A stretch of 64,000 nucleotides of DNA, taken from NCBI GenBank assembly GCA_964016885.1, contig OZ024747.1:51398001-51462000 (forward strand), read 5' to 3'. A program made the position numbers and the translations under genes. Below are positions 14,226 to 30,589 of this stretch, piece after piece. The number at the start of each line of letters is the position of its first letter. Position 1 is the first letter of the stretch. The notes under the pieces are model-generated. The model ran no database searches. It was not told the DNA's origin and saw only the letters and a list, made by a program, of their open reading frames with translations. This DNA is from Eledone cirrhosa (taxonomy: Eukaryota).

Positions 14226-16034
14226 TTGTGTGTGTGTGTCTATACATATATTATATGCATGTTTGTGTATAAATATCTATGTGTGTATGTATATATATAT
14301 ATGTGTGTGTGTGTGTGTATTCATGAATCTCTGCATACTCAAACAAACACACGTATACATATATACGCAAGAACAACAGCAACAACAACATTCATGAATC
14401 GAGGAGGGGAGACCCAAAATGTAATTATAAATTTGTGGAATGTCGTGAGTTAGTTTCTAGAATAAATATTAACTGCAATTATTGAGGCATGTTGATAGTG
14501 TTTTAACTTCACCCACGGGCAGCCAATGGGGGTATTGAGAAAAGTGAGAGAGGTTGAGAGAAGGGGAGTTGTAAATAAATGTCTAGAGGTCAATTTTAAT
14601 CCTTTGACATTCTTGTAAAATAAATAAAAATAATAATATACAAAACAAAAAGAAACAGTAGTTTAGAAACTACTTATTGTCATAGTTAATAATAATTTAC
14701 TCTAACATTGGTACGAGGTCATCAGTTTTGTTGGGAAAAGAGAAGCTAATCATATTACCTCCAATACTCAACTGGTACTTTATTTATCGACCACGGAAGG
14801 ATAACAGGCAAAGTTTACTACACTGGGATTTGAAAACTAAACGCAATAAGCCGGACAAAATGTTGAGGTATATAATCAGCTGCCTTACATACCTCAAAAT
14901 TCACAAAAATGTGTAGTCATTGAAAAATATATAAGAAATTGGGATGGAACTACAATTTATAGTAAATAATACAACAAATATATAGTAATAACACCTTTCC
15001 TTTAGAGGATGCTGGTGATATAGGGAAAACAAATGAAACTCTAACATTGCTATTGCCTTTGAAACAACTGCAAAGAGCTTTTTATTCCTTACACTGCGTA
15101 CTAATCTTAAATCTATAATCCCGCCCACATTTTAGCGAATTTAATAACTTTAAATAAACCTCACACATAATAACAAAAACGACAGCGGTAGTGTGAACTG
15201 GGATTTCTAATAATTTACAATTAATTATTTATTCAAATAGCACAAATGTTTCAAAATAAATTTGCATGATAGGATGCTGAACGGGTGCTAAAATCCACTA
15301 AGCTAAAAAGCCATTGACCACCAACATTATAAGCTTGTAGCTAGAAGTATGAATCAGCTTATGACTTAATAACCATTGGGAAAATAAGACTTGAAATGTG
15401 TGTGTCGCAGCACAAATGGCCATAATAGTCGATCTTACTTGAGAAAATCTGTTCTTTTTCATAGTATTCACCGCACTCATCAGGCATCCGATAGATGCGG
15501 GGTTCAATTCATTACAAATGCCTCTGTCCGCATTTCTCCGTTTTCCAATTCTTCAACGATTTTTTTTATTTAGATGAACTATTATTGTGATGAGATGGGT
15601 TGGGTCGCACGCACACACGCACACGCACACGCACACACACATATATATATATTTATATAATGGTATTATATAGACCAGGCAGAGATGAGTAAAGAGAATA
15701 TTTAGACAAGAGGAATGGTGGGAGAGACAGGAATGAATTAGATATAAAAATGATGGTTACTCGATCATTCCAGTAACAGAGCAATGAAGAATAGCCTAAA
15801 ATGACAAGAAGCCTTTCTGAAATTGTTAATCTAGAAACCAGTTTCGAATCCACGCCATTTCACCGAGAGAACCAATCTATTATAATAAATATTATAGTCT
15901 CCGCCGTTTCACATTTATGTTCTATCATTTCTTCTTTTTTTTTCTATTTCCTTCTTCATTTCTTTCACTTCCTTTTTTTCTTTCTTTCTTTATTTATTTA
16001 TTTTTTTGCTTGTTTTCTCTCTTTCTTTCCCTAC

Positions 16035-16104
<70 letters not shown>

Positions 16105-16349
16105 ATTTGCTTGTTTGTTTCTTTATAAATAGCTTTTTCCTTCTTTTATTTAGATGTTATTGGATGTATTTTATTGTTTTGTTGTGTTGTGTATGTCTGT
16201 ATGTAGGAGAGATTGTCGGAGTATTAAATGGGGATTGACGAGAACAAGATAACGATGTTGTTGTTGTTGTACAAATGGCGGACAGTTTTTACCGCCTGAA
16301 CGGGAAGCAGTTTATCATCGAAACCGACGAGCAATACATTTAGCTATAC

Positions 16350-16433
<84 letters not shown>

Positions 16434-16541
16434 TGTATATATATATATATATATATACTGTATATAGGAAAAAGTATGACCCCGACGGAAGAATATATAT
16501 GTATGTATTACGTATATATGTATGTACGTATGTATGTATAT

Positions 16542-17977
<1,436 letters not shown>

Positions 17978-18019
17978 TAAGGGTTGACGTCCCACCATAT
18001 TTATTAATGCCAGTACCGG

Positions 18020-18054
<35 letters not shown>

Positions 18055-18333
18055 AAATCATATATATATCGATATGTACATGGTAGGTAGCTAGGTAGTC
18101 TGTGGGTCGATATCTGTATAATATGAGGAGGAGGAAGGTACATAGTGGGCATACTCTACCTTTCAACTGTAATTCCCATTTCGGCATCAAGCTACAAAAC
18201 AACAACAGCAACAACAACAACGACTACAATGTCTAAAATAAAAATAGCACCAATACAGCGGACTCTATTTTTCATAAAAGACATTATTTACTACTAAATG
18301 ATCGAAATTTTGGAATGGTATTATTGTTCTACA

Positions 18334-18516
18334 GGATTGGCAGTATCGGAAGAGAGTTGGACGCCATGCTTTGCAGCACAGTTACGTCCCTTTACGGACT
18401 GAGTTCAAATCCCGCCGAGGTTAACTTTGCCTTTCATCCTTACGGGGTCGATAAAATAAAGTACCAGTAATGCACTGGGTAATTGCTGGCCTTGTGCCAA
18501 AAGTAGAAACAATTAT
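18334..18516 (+). mobile_element. SINE, same family, with TSD
   Basis: Flanked by TTATTGTTCTACAGGA on both sides. Confidence 0.88.
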
Positions 18517-18719
18517 TGTTCTACAGGAAAGAATATAATCACAAATATGTGTACGCACACAAATGTATACATACATAAACGCACGCTACACACACACACA
18601 CACGTGTACATAAAAACACACACAAATATGCAAGCACAAACACACGCATGCGCGCGTGTATGTGTGTGTGTGACTACCAGTGTTCTAGTCCTGTGGAAGC
18701 CATTTCTATATTCGATGTG

Positions 18720-19153
<434 letters not shown>

Positions 19154-19205
19154 ATATATATATATATATATGTTATACATATATATATACATATATTCCA
19201 TTTGT

Positions 19206-19236
<31 letters not shown>

Positions 19237-19368
19237 ATATATATATATTTAATTTGTTGGGATACAACAAGCAAAATATATTTATAACTGATATAAAGCA
19301 CTCAACAAATTATTGGAGTAAATATACAATATATTAATAAATGGAAACTATATTTATAAAACCATATT

Positions 19369-19434
19369 TATTTCATTATACATATTTCAAGGGCCACCAG
19401 AGCAAACTATAGTGCGCTTTCATCAGATAAAATA
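19369..19434 (-). ncRNA. Minimal hammerhead ribozyme (family A)
   Basis: UAUUUUAU-CUGAUGA-AAGCGCACUA..UGGUGGCCCUU-GAAA-UAUGUA-UA^AUGAAAUA. Confidence 0.78.
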
Positions 19435-20431
19435 TAATATAGGTTAATTTTATAAATAAATATTGACATACCCTTAAAAAATGCAACCATTCTGGTTGGA
19501 ATCTCCTGGATAGTGGATTTATTAGATTTATTGTTGGTTTAACATGCAAATTAGCGTTGGAAAGGTTTAAAAACAGTATATTTAAATTAAGCCGTTGGAA
19601 TATGGAAAAAAGAGAAAAGAAAGAGAAAAAAACGAAAAAAAGAAAGAGAGAAACCTGAGTATATTTTAGTGAGAGAGAATAGCGTAATTTTGAGAGAAGA
19701 GGCGAAGAAATAAATATAGCGTGGATGAATACCGTAAGATGGATAAATAATAATAATAACCAATAACAGATACTAATAAAGATGGATAAACAATAATAAA
19801 GCTAACTTGAAGAGTTTATCTAATGTTTAATTAATAAATATAATTAAATGTTTAATTAATAATTTATCAATTCAATCCGTAGTTTAAATGTTTAAATGTG
19901 TATGTTATATTATTAAAGTTGAGACCTATATATTATTATTAAAGAATATATATTATTAAAAAATTTGTAAGTTTACAATATCAGAATATTTCTAAGCTCA
20001 TGGAATTTCCGAGAGTTTACCGAAGAATAATCCCTTATTTGTAATAGCAGTAGAGCGTAAAGGAAATTGCTCGCGATTTATTAATAATTTAGATAGCTCT
20101 AAGGATTAAATGTCATAAAGTTAAATGTTATAAAGTTAAGATGTTAAAAAAATTTAATTATCCATCTTAATAGTGTAATTAGAGTATGAATTTTATGTTA
20201 TTTTATAGCAAGTTATAAATTCATAACTCCAACCTGTTATACAGTTATGACTGTTAAAAACATAAATTTGTTTGCTATAACGTGTTAACATTTAAAAATT
20301 CATTCATTGGAATATATCCAAAGCATAAACCATAAAAAATCTTTCATAAGTGTACATCTGTAGAATATATTTAAAGTATAAATTTCATATATATATCAAC
20401 ATTTTGACATACACATACATACACATACACA

Positions 20432-20463
<32 letters not shown>

Positions 20464-20630
20464 CATCAAGCATTTTAAAAATATATAAATACAAAATATA
20501 CAATATAAAATATGAAATATGAATTATTATTTAAATTATGAATTATGAATTTTTTGTACCCATCATAGGAATTTTCAGAAAAACCTTTCTTCATATCTTT
20601 CAGTACATTTATATATATTTATTCGATTTG

Positions 20631-20681
<51 letters not shown>

Positions 20682-20842
20682 AATATATATATATCCGTAT
20701 GTGAAAAGAGTACTCAACACAGAAGTAGAGTTTAAAGAACTATAGCAACAACAAGAACAAGAACTGCGCGAGGGAGACAATAACAACTCAGAATGAATAT
20801 TTTCTACTTGGATTCAGTTAAAAATGTAATATGGACAGTGCA

Positions 20843-20912
<70 letters not shown>

Positions 20913-21706
20913 ATAGTGAAGTTAACTAATATCATGTTGTCAGTGAAATATGTTTCTATATATATGTATATATTCAAATTATAAACATATGTGTTCATGG
21001 GTGTGTTGTCTATATATAAATGTATACACTCACTCACACAAATACACACATTCGTTTCAAGATTGTATAATGAATTTGTGAAATATATATATATATATGT
21101 GTGAGTGTGATTGTGAAGTATGTGTGCGCGTGAGTGCCTTCTATTAAAGGACAGTCATGCCTGCTGTTGCTGTGAAATATTTATGTACTATTTGTAAATC
21201 GTTATTTATGTGAAACTATCAACCTATAGAACCATCTTGAATATATCCTAACAGCAACGAAGAAGATAAATTTGTTGCTAAGTGAAAAAAAATTCAGACG
21301 TATGACATGTTGGCTTCGTTTTGGTACAGTCAACATCAACCACTTCTTTTACATGAAATATCATTCCAAATCTGGTAACGTTTCTCTGTAAAATTTTGAA
21401 ATTAATGTTGAAATATTGCACATGAGAGGTGAAAGCCTTTACGATATTTTTTGTTTATGAGAAACATTAAAAGGATTTAGTAAACAATGAAGGAAATATA
21501 TGGGGATATCTATTTGAAATGTATAGAAGGACGAGGAAGACTCAATCTTGCCAGGACTTGTTTTCTCATGTTAGCATGTGTCCGTACAGAAGAAAAACAA
21601 AGGCACTCTCGGGGCATATATATATGAGAACAGATATACATTGTCATATATATGTCACCAAGAACGTATTTGTATCAATTTATAGTTGTATGTCAATATC
21701 CATCCG

Positions 21707-21817
<111 letters not shown>

Positions 21818-22032
21818 CTCTCTCTGCCTGACACGTGGAACACCGCTGGTAAGATTTTTTGTAAATTTATAAACGAAAAACAGAACAAATTGTTTGAAAA
21901 AACATATAATTTTGTAGATTAACCACCAAGCTGAATTGTCAGCTGAGTGGTAATCCCATTGTTCGCCCCTTTAGGGGAGAACATTTAATTTAAAAATTGT
22001 TTTAAAATATCAAATTTTGCCAACTATAAGAC

Positions 22033-23953
22033 ATGAATAACACGAAGGGAACGCTGGAGAACGTCGACAGAGAAAAGAGAGAGAAAGAGGCAGATTTTAA
22101 CGTTATATCTGCTTCTGCTACTATGGACGTCGCCATAGATACGACTGTCAACAAAGGGAAAAAAATATTGCCACTTGAAGATTGTACAATTTCTACCGTC
22201 GAAGCAGAAAAAAAAAAGGAAAACACAGGAATTAAACCCATTAACATACATACACATGAAAAAAACATCAATAACTCCACAGATACATCTACACATAAAG
22301 TTTCACCTCATCAAGGAACTGAGATTTCCAACACCGAGGCTAACAACGATAACAACAACAGCACCCCCCCCCCCCAAAAAAAAAAATGTCATTCGCTGAA
22401 TCAGTGAACAAAAAACAAGATTTTATTTAATAAATCTTGACATCTCCAATGCAAGAGATATGCTCCAGCAAGGGAGAAAATGTGTAACTTTCGAAGAAAA
22501 GGGTGGGTTTAGAATTAACTTACCCCTTGAAATAAAAGAAGACACAGTTCGAAGATCAGTGATCTTTAGGACTGTGTCCAATACCACGAGAAAGCCGATA
22601 ATTGTTAGCCAAGGAGATATAGAAAATACCTTGAAAGAAATTCTAGCAAATATCGAATTTCTCCAACGAGGAAAACAGTACGGAAGTGTTTCCATACTGT
22701 TTAAAAGCGAGGCACTCGCCCCAAAACATTCTGTGACACCAATAGTATCAAAAGCATTCACCTTTTTCCCTACATACATGGGGAAAAGGACACAAAAAAT
22801 AAAAATAAAAAATATACCACAAAACATTAACATCTGGTGGATCTTGGCTGGCTTCGTAAAGCCAGAAAATGATATGATTCTTTCGATACGAAATTATATT
22901 CGACAAAGGTGGGTGGGTACTGATTTGGATATTCTATTGCAAATGAGGCCGGAGAGAATCTCCAAAATACCCGAAAGAGTCGTCATCGATGATAACAACA
23001 AAATAAACATTTCGGTAGAAGGATGAAAATGTCATTGCTTTCGCTGTGGTAGCACAGCACACCTAAAAGCCTCTTGTCCTTCACAAACACACCACAACAA
23101 CATCATTAAAAAAACACTATTACCAACACCAACACCAAAACAACCACCACCACAACAAGTACAACAGACGAAACGAGCAACCACACTAAAAACAAACAGC
23201 CACACAACCAACAACAACAGGAAAAACAGAGACAACACTCCTGAAGAACACAGCTCCATCCCATCCCACTCCATCAAACACTACCACAAACACACACACC
23301 GAAACACCACCACCACACAACATACCACTACCCCACACTCCTGACGATGATTATTCCTCGACGGATGAAGCTGCTTCTCCTTCTTTAAGTGAAGAAGAGG
23401 AAGAGCCGCGGAAATCTAAAAAACAAAAAAAGAGACACCACAAAACCCTCAAAACTCCAATCACCAACACCAACACACAACCACAGACGCAAACAACAAC
23501 GCAAACAACACCACAGTCAAACATCCCCCTACCAGCAAAACCAACAATAACACCACCCAAACACAAGCACCCACCATAAAAAGAAAACACCCGGACGAAC
23601 AACAAACTAAAACAACACAACAAAAACACAAACAACAAAACGCATACATCAACACAAACAACAGGAGTTTGATGGAGGTCATCTCCCAAAACCCCAAGGT
23701 GGAGACGGAGGGCAAAACTTTCGTCAAGGCAGAATCGACTCCACACCTTAAACTTATAAGGGTTTCTATGGAAACCTATAATGACCTAAAAATTAAATTT
23801 TCACAGGACGTGGGCAACCCCTGCCAGAAACCCATCAACTGCGTCCTGTTAAAATGTTTCCCCACCCCACCCAACACCCCATCCAGCACCCAAATGGAGA
23901 TTGAATGCGCCTTTCGTCCTTTTTCTCCAACTCTTCTTCACCAACATGGCTAG
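22033..23953 (+). pseudogene. Disrupted ORF1 of Tx1-like LINE
   Basis: YGSVSILF, FPTYMGKRTQKIKIK, LDILLQMRPERI and CFRCGSTAHLKASC match the intact ORF1; broken by stops and frameshifts. Confidence 0.88.
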
Positions 23954-26900
23954 TTTACGAGTTAGAAGCGTGAATGTGCGTGGCCTAGGGATGCCCTGGA
24001 AACAGGGCCAACTTTTAAACGACCTTAGGTCACACGGTATGGATGTGATAGCCATCACCGCGTCCAGGATCCACAACAGGCAGCAACTAACCCCCATCTT
24101 CGACGACTTTGAGATCTACGCATCTCTCTGTCAGCCAGAAGGTGGAGGGGCAGTGGCTGTCATGTTTCGTAAGAACCTGGACGTCGAAGTACAGCAAGTA
24201 CATTTGGACTCGGAGGGTAGACTGGTAGTCCTAGACGTGAACAGTATCGGAGGTGGAGCCTTCAGACTGGTGGCCGTTTATGCCCCAACCGGGCAATCGC
24301 AATCACAGCTAGACTTCTTTAAGCGTCTAGAGTCTTTTCTGGGAACATCTCGCTCCTTACGTATAGTGGGGGACTGGAATGGTAACCTAGATGCACGATG
24401 GGACTATGTGGGAGCATGTCCCAGTCGAGGGGGTGCAACAGCCTCAAAACTTTAATCGGCCAATTCCAACTGGCCGATAGTTATCGATTGGATTTCCCGA
24501 CTGCACCACAGGGGACGTGGGCAAACCGCAGCGGGACATCTAGATCGTATTTAGATAGGTGCTTCATTAGAGAAAGGGACAAGGAGATGTTAATCTGTCC
24601 ACGAATGCACATGGTTGCCTATTCAGATCACAAATTAGCCGTCTGCTTAGTCAACCGTGATAGAATACATAGACAAGGACCCGGATACTGGAAGCTGAAA
24701 GTGTCGTTCCCGGCACGTAAAGCTTACAGTGAACGGATAAGTAGACTAGTCAAGCAACAGTTAACGGGAGCCATCGTCAACAATAAATGGTGGTACTCGC
24801 TCAAGAAAGCAATTAGAATAGAATCGATAGGGTTTAGCAGAGAGTTAGCTTTAGAGAAAAACAAATTAGAAAGAGAACTAGTAGCCAAGGTAGAGGAGGC
24901 ACTTAGAAGTGGCAACGCGGCAAGGGTGTTAGCGTCGAGAACGACACTGGACCAGTTCTTCGATGCAAAACACGAAGGCTGCGTGGTCAGAAGCAAAACA
25001 CGTGCTCTAAGAAACGAAGGAGCGAAATCTGTCAGCTGGGCCCGAGTGGCGGAGGTGAAAAGTGGCAACGAGTCCACGATTCGGTCTTTGAAAGACCAAA
25101 AGGGACGCGTGCTGCTTGACTCCAAGCAAATGTGCGCGGCCTTTGAGCAGCACTTTGCGCGAGTGTTTGAGCAGAACGACGGTGAGCCGAATGGGGCAAT
25201 GGACTTTAGTTCCTACCTCAACGGCCTGCCGCGTCTCTCGAACACGGACGCCGAGTTCTGTGAAAGACCGATCACAGACACTGAGATACGGGACGCTCTG
25301 GGCCGCTGCGAGAAATGCAAGTCACCCGGTCTAGATGGTCTACCCTATTAGTTTTACATAGGCATGCCGGACTTGTTCTCTGGCGTCCTCGAAGCCGTCT
25401 ACTGCAATTGACAGCAGAACGGGGGAATTCCCAGTTCTGCAGGCAAGGGCCTAGTAACGCTGATCAGGAAAGACGAGAACAAGGGGACGAAATTAACAAC
25501 TTCAGGCCCATAACTCTGCTCAACACAGACTTAAATATTTTGGCCAAGGTGCTAGCGACGAGGTTGGCGCTTGTCGTCAAGAACCTGGTAGGGAAAGCCC
25601 AAACGTGTGCAATCCCGACCAGGTCCATACACGACAACCTCCACCTCATGCGATACATCATAGAGAGGGTGGGTAGTAAACCCGGCTTTGGTGTGGCTCT
25701 GATCAATTTAGATCAGTCTAAGGCATACGATAGGGTCGACCATTGATACTTGGAAGCGGTTCTCAAGGCGGCCGGTTTTGGTCCCGTTTTCAGAAGCTGG
25801 ATCGAGGCGATACACACCAGCATCTGCTCGAGGGTCAAGGTGAACGGCTACTTATTGGAGCCGTTCGCAATCACGCGTTCCATTCGTCAGGGGTGCCCTC
25901 TCTCCTCCATTCTGTATGTATTGACTCTAGAGCCACTACTGCGGAAATTGGAGCTGTTGCAGGGCATCCCTCTAGAACTGGGACTGCGCAAAGCGGCGTC
26001 AGCTTATGCCGACGACGTGATGGTAATGGTGTCGATCACCTCGGAAATCGGGGTGATCGGTAACTTACTGAAAGAATACGAAACGCTGATGGGAATAAAC
26101 GAAACCCGGACAGTCTGTCGGTTTGCAACTCATTACGTGGAGAGGCAAACCGATGACGTCCGACAGCGTCGTTGGACACTGGACGGACGGACCGATAAAA
26201 TTGCTCGGGGTCTGGTTCGGTCCAGACCTCCAGGTGGAGAAAAACTGGAATGAGGTCACGGCTAAGGTGTTTGCGCTCACCATGAAGTGGGCAGATTGCA
26301 AACTGTCCTTGAAAGGTCGAGCGGAGGTGGCGAACAGTTTCATAGCGTCCGTCATCTACTACCGCTTGACTGTCGTGCCTTGTCCCCGTGAACACCTCGC
26401 CAAGATGGAACGTATGCTCTTCTAGTTTCTGTGGAAGAAGCAGGCTCCGCTAGTGAGGAGATCCGTCTGCTGTCAGCACCCTTCCAACGGTGGGCGGGGA
26501 ATGCCGTGGCTGATGATGCGCAAATATGCGCTGAGGCTGCGGCATCTCCAGGTATTCCTCACCGACCCCCAACCGGTGTGGACACTGATTGTGAGACAGG
26601 CTTTCCCGCAGCTCGTCTCGCTGACGGAGCTGCAGTCTTGGGTCAAGAAAAGACCGAAAACGATGGGCGCCTGGCACATTGAATGCGCTCAGGCGCTCAC
26701 AGTCCTCTGGCAAGCGGGCACAGCAATCAGTGAGACTCCACTTCGACATTCTATAGAGGGATTCTACGTTACAAGGGCGACGACGTGCTCGGAGATACTC
26801 TGGGCGTCGAAGACGATGAGCTCACCAGTTTGTTTGGTAGGACTTTCCGCTCGGGACCTATGGACAACTTCCAGAGGTCCCTGGCTTGGCAGTGCTACCG

Positions 26901-27375
26901 AAGAGCTCTACCAGTTCGTGACAAGATCCACAGCCACAGACGCCCCGGCAGGGATCCTTCCAAGAGGACGTGTCCAAGATGCGCGCAGGACATTGAAACC
27001 GTCCTGCACACGATTGTACACTGCCCGGGCGTAACTAACCTGTGGAACTATGCAGAACAACTGCTGTCGCGTATGGGACAAATCCAGTTGACTGCCGAAT
27101 CCATAGTAAGGATCAAAGCGCCAGCCTCTTTCAAAAACGAAAGAGAGGCGGTTTTCTTCTGTACAGTGGCTATGGTGAAAGAAATTATATGGTGGACGAG
27201 ATTGAGAGGACTGAGGACAGATGCCTTTCTCTCCGGACAACAATTGATTCCCGTCTTTAGAAGGAGAATCAGACTGGTGAGAGAGGCACTGCACCCCAGT
27301 AAATTTACTGAAAGGTGGGTGAATGTGGCAAAAACGGCCCGGGTGATTGGGCCTTCTCTGTATATAAGCCTGTAG
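23946..27375 (+). pseudogene. Disrupted ORF2 (APE-RT) of Tx1-like LINE
   Basis: MASLRVRSVNVRG start, GDWNG, SDHKL, KSPGLDGLPY, RQGCPLS, YADD and CPRC are split over at least 7 ORFs. Confidence 0.92.
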
Positions 27376-27881
27376 GTTAAAGAATAGAGCAAAAGGAAGA
27401 AAGTAGCACTTGCACAACACGCTCCTGGAGTTGAGGGTTGTTCTGTCGACGGGGTATTAAACAACCCATTTGTGGCGCTTCCCCCTTATTGGGGATTTCG
27501 ATTGTTGTAATTGTTTGTTTTTATATTTTTACACGACTGTATGTAAAATCCCCGGCATGTCTTTGTATTGTCCCCTTTTCTTGTGCGCCCTTGTGGCAAA
27601 TAAATAAATCTATCTAGCTATCTTCTATCTATCTATCTATCTACTGTTTTCATGTATTAACATCAGTATAAAAATATAACACACTGCAAAGGCGGTCAAA
27701 GGTTTAAAGTAGAAAACACACAGTTACACACACGTATGTATATATGTATAAATATATGTGTGCTTGTGTGTATGTCAGTGAGTGTGAGTATGTCTGTGAG
27801 TGACTGTAAATAAATTTATACGTTTACATATAAATATACATATTAATATCTATACATAAATATGCTTATGTTTATATATAT

Positions 27882-27959
<78 letters not shown>

Positions 27960-28039
27960 ACGCACATACATACACACACACACGCACACACACACACACA
28001 CACACACGCACACACACACACAAACACACGCACGCACAC

Positions 28040-28115
<76 letters not shown>

Positions 28116-28382
28116 TCGGATTACGTGCATTTAAATAAGTTCGTATGTATGAGTTTATAAAGTTGCACTAGATGAACTGTCGAAACAGTTTTGAAGGCGT
28201 CAACGAAAAGTGAAAATATTTACGATCGTAGAATAAAATCTAAATTGGCATTCCAGGTATATCCTCTGCGCAGGTGTCCCATTCATTAGGTGTACAAGAG
28301 ATATTCGTTCACACACAATAAGGCACAGATGCACGCATACACACATACAGACAGACATACATACATACACCTGTAATCCGGC

Positions 28383-28446
<64 letters not shown>

Positions 28447-28525
28447 ATAATAATAAAATTGAAGACTAAAATCCAAAGAGGGCTCGATAAGGAAAATATA
28501 TATCAAATATATAAGAACCGTAGAG

Positions 28526-28584
<59 letters not shown>

Positions 28585-28678
28585 CATATATATGTATATA
28601 TACCTACCTACATATGTATGCATAATATATACATATACACACACATACACTCATGCACACACACATACACACACACAT

Positions 28679-28747
<69 letters not shown>

Positions 28748-29055
28748 ATAACAAGTTATCGTTATAGGTAATCCAGTTAGAGGTTGTGAGTACTCTGCGT
28801 CGTGGATAGTTTTAACGTACGGCCATGTTTGACTCAACAAGATGTTTCCATAGTCAGGCAGTGAGTTCGCGGAAATGTCTATGTAGGTTATACTTGGAGT
28901 AATAATAGTGAAAGAATGAAGAGTAACATGGCTGGCTGTACAACAATGGGCTTTGTTTCAGGTAATAACAATTGTTTCATTGATCAGGTGAGTCTAGAGT
29001 CCGCTAATCGCTCGAAATTCGGTCACTCGGTCTCCATTACATAATTTACCTCTGA

Positions 29056-29247
29056 AGGGCGGTGGATTGGCGGTATCAGTAGTGGGTCGGACGCCATGCT
29101 TTGACGTATAAAGTTACGGCCCTTGCCATTCTGAGTTCAAATCCCGCCGAGGTTAACTTTGCCTTTCATCCTTTACGGGGTCGATAAAATAAAGTACCAG
29201 TAATGCACTGGGTATTTGCTGGCCTTGTGCCAAAAGTAGAAACAATT
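29056..29247 (+). mobile_element. SINE, same family, with 12-bp TSD
   Basis: ATTTACCTCTGA (29044-29055) and ATTTACCTGTGA (29248-29259). Confidence 0.88.
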
Positions 29248-29812
29248 ATTTACCTGTGATCAAATCCTCAGGGTATTACACACAAATATCTATAAGGTTG
29301 TTCCAAAACATCCACATCAGTTCAGACTATAATAGTACCTTCTAATGCATCTTTCTCAGGATCTATAAACATTTAAAAGAAATTCCAGACTTGATATTAG
29401 GAGGAAGGTATATTTTTTCAGCTGCCATAAATATAATGTAAGATCGACGTCTGTGTGGAGAGTGTGTATGCGCGTGTGTATTTTTATACGTCCATATATA
29501 TACCCCCCCCCCCCACACACACACATATATATAAAATTATAAGTAAAATTATGAAAACTAACGAAGAGATGACAACGAACGAAAACAAGGCACAACGAAA
29601 AAAAAAGATCTATTGAAGTGGAAAACTTAATAAAAGTTTTTTTTAGGAAATAAAACTGCAAACAGAAGACAAACATCCTAGTTCTTCAGCTGTCGAGATG
29701 AATTTCCGCAGTTTAGACCCCTACCGATGATACTTCTGGTCCACTAGATGTCAAAGCGTCTGAGTAAAATGCAAGACAAAATAATAACTTATAACAATTA
29801 AGCCAGAGCAGT

Positions 29813-29845
<33 letters not shown>

Positions 29846-29858
29846 TATAGCTTAATTG

Positions 29859-29894
<36 letters not shown>

Positions 29895-29917
29895 GTTGTC
29901 GTTTTGGAAGCCTAAAT

Positions 29918-30440
29918 AATGCAGATGGGTAAATCTCCGGGTAACAGAATCCGGTAGTGAAGAGAGAGATGTAAGGGAATTTAGAATGAGATGTATAGTG
30001 TGTAGAGGAGAGTAGGAAAGAGGGTAAAAAATAAAAATAGTAACACGAGATAAAGTTACCTTGGGAGAGATTTAATTGTCCTTATATTTAGGATTCGCAT
30101 CCATCAACTGGGGGGTTTTCCGGGGGAGGGGAAATTATCTGTCGGAGAGGAACGGTACGTGGCCGCTGCTGTCCACATAAACAGCGGACAACAGCGGCCA
30201 CGTACCGTTCCTCTCCAACAGAACCCCCCCCCCCCCCGAAAACCCTCCAGTTGATGGGTGCGAATCCGAAATATAGGGACAATAAAATCTCTCCCAAGGT
30301 AATTCTATCTCGTGTTATTATTTTTATTTTTTACGCTCTTTCCTACGCTCCTCTACACACTATACATCACATTCTACATTCCCTTACATCTCTCTCTTCA
30401 CTACCGGATTCTGTTACCAGGAGATTTACCCATATGTATT
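29918..30440. repeat. Diverged fold-back repeat, ~255-bp arms, 11-nt loop
   Basis: 29918-30174 is the reverse complement of 30186-30440 with scattered mismatches; TA runs lie near both ends. Confidence 0.9.
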
Positions 30441-30589
30441 GTTGATATATATATGGGTACATATAAAGATAAATAGATCATAATTCCTTGTGGAGAAGTA
30501 GAAGCACCATTATACGGAGTGTCTAGGGATTTTTAAACCTGGCGGATTACAGCCCTCTCTGCGTCTGAAGACAGCCGATTTTTTTTTAT

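Larger units (their letters stand above)
21825..27608 (+). mobile_element. Full-length decayed Tx1-like LINE, sister family of the 56777 copy, in (TATC)n
   Basis: ORF1 and ORF2 fragments are homologous to the intact copy; (TATC)n at about 21708-21815 and 27609-27642; same 3' stem-loop and AATAAA. Confidence 0.93.
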
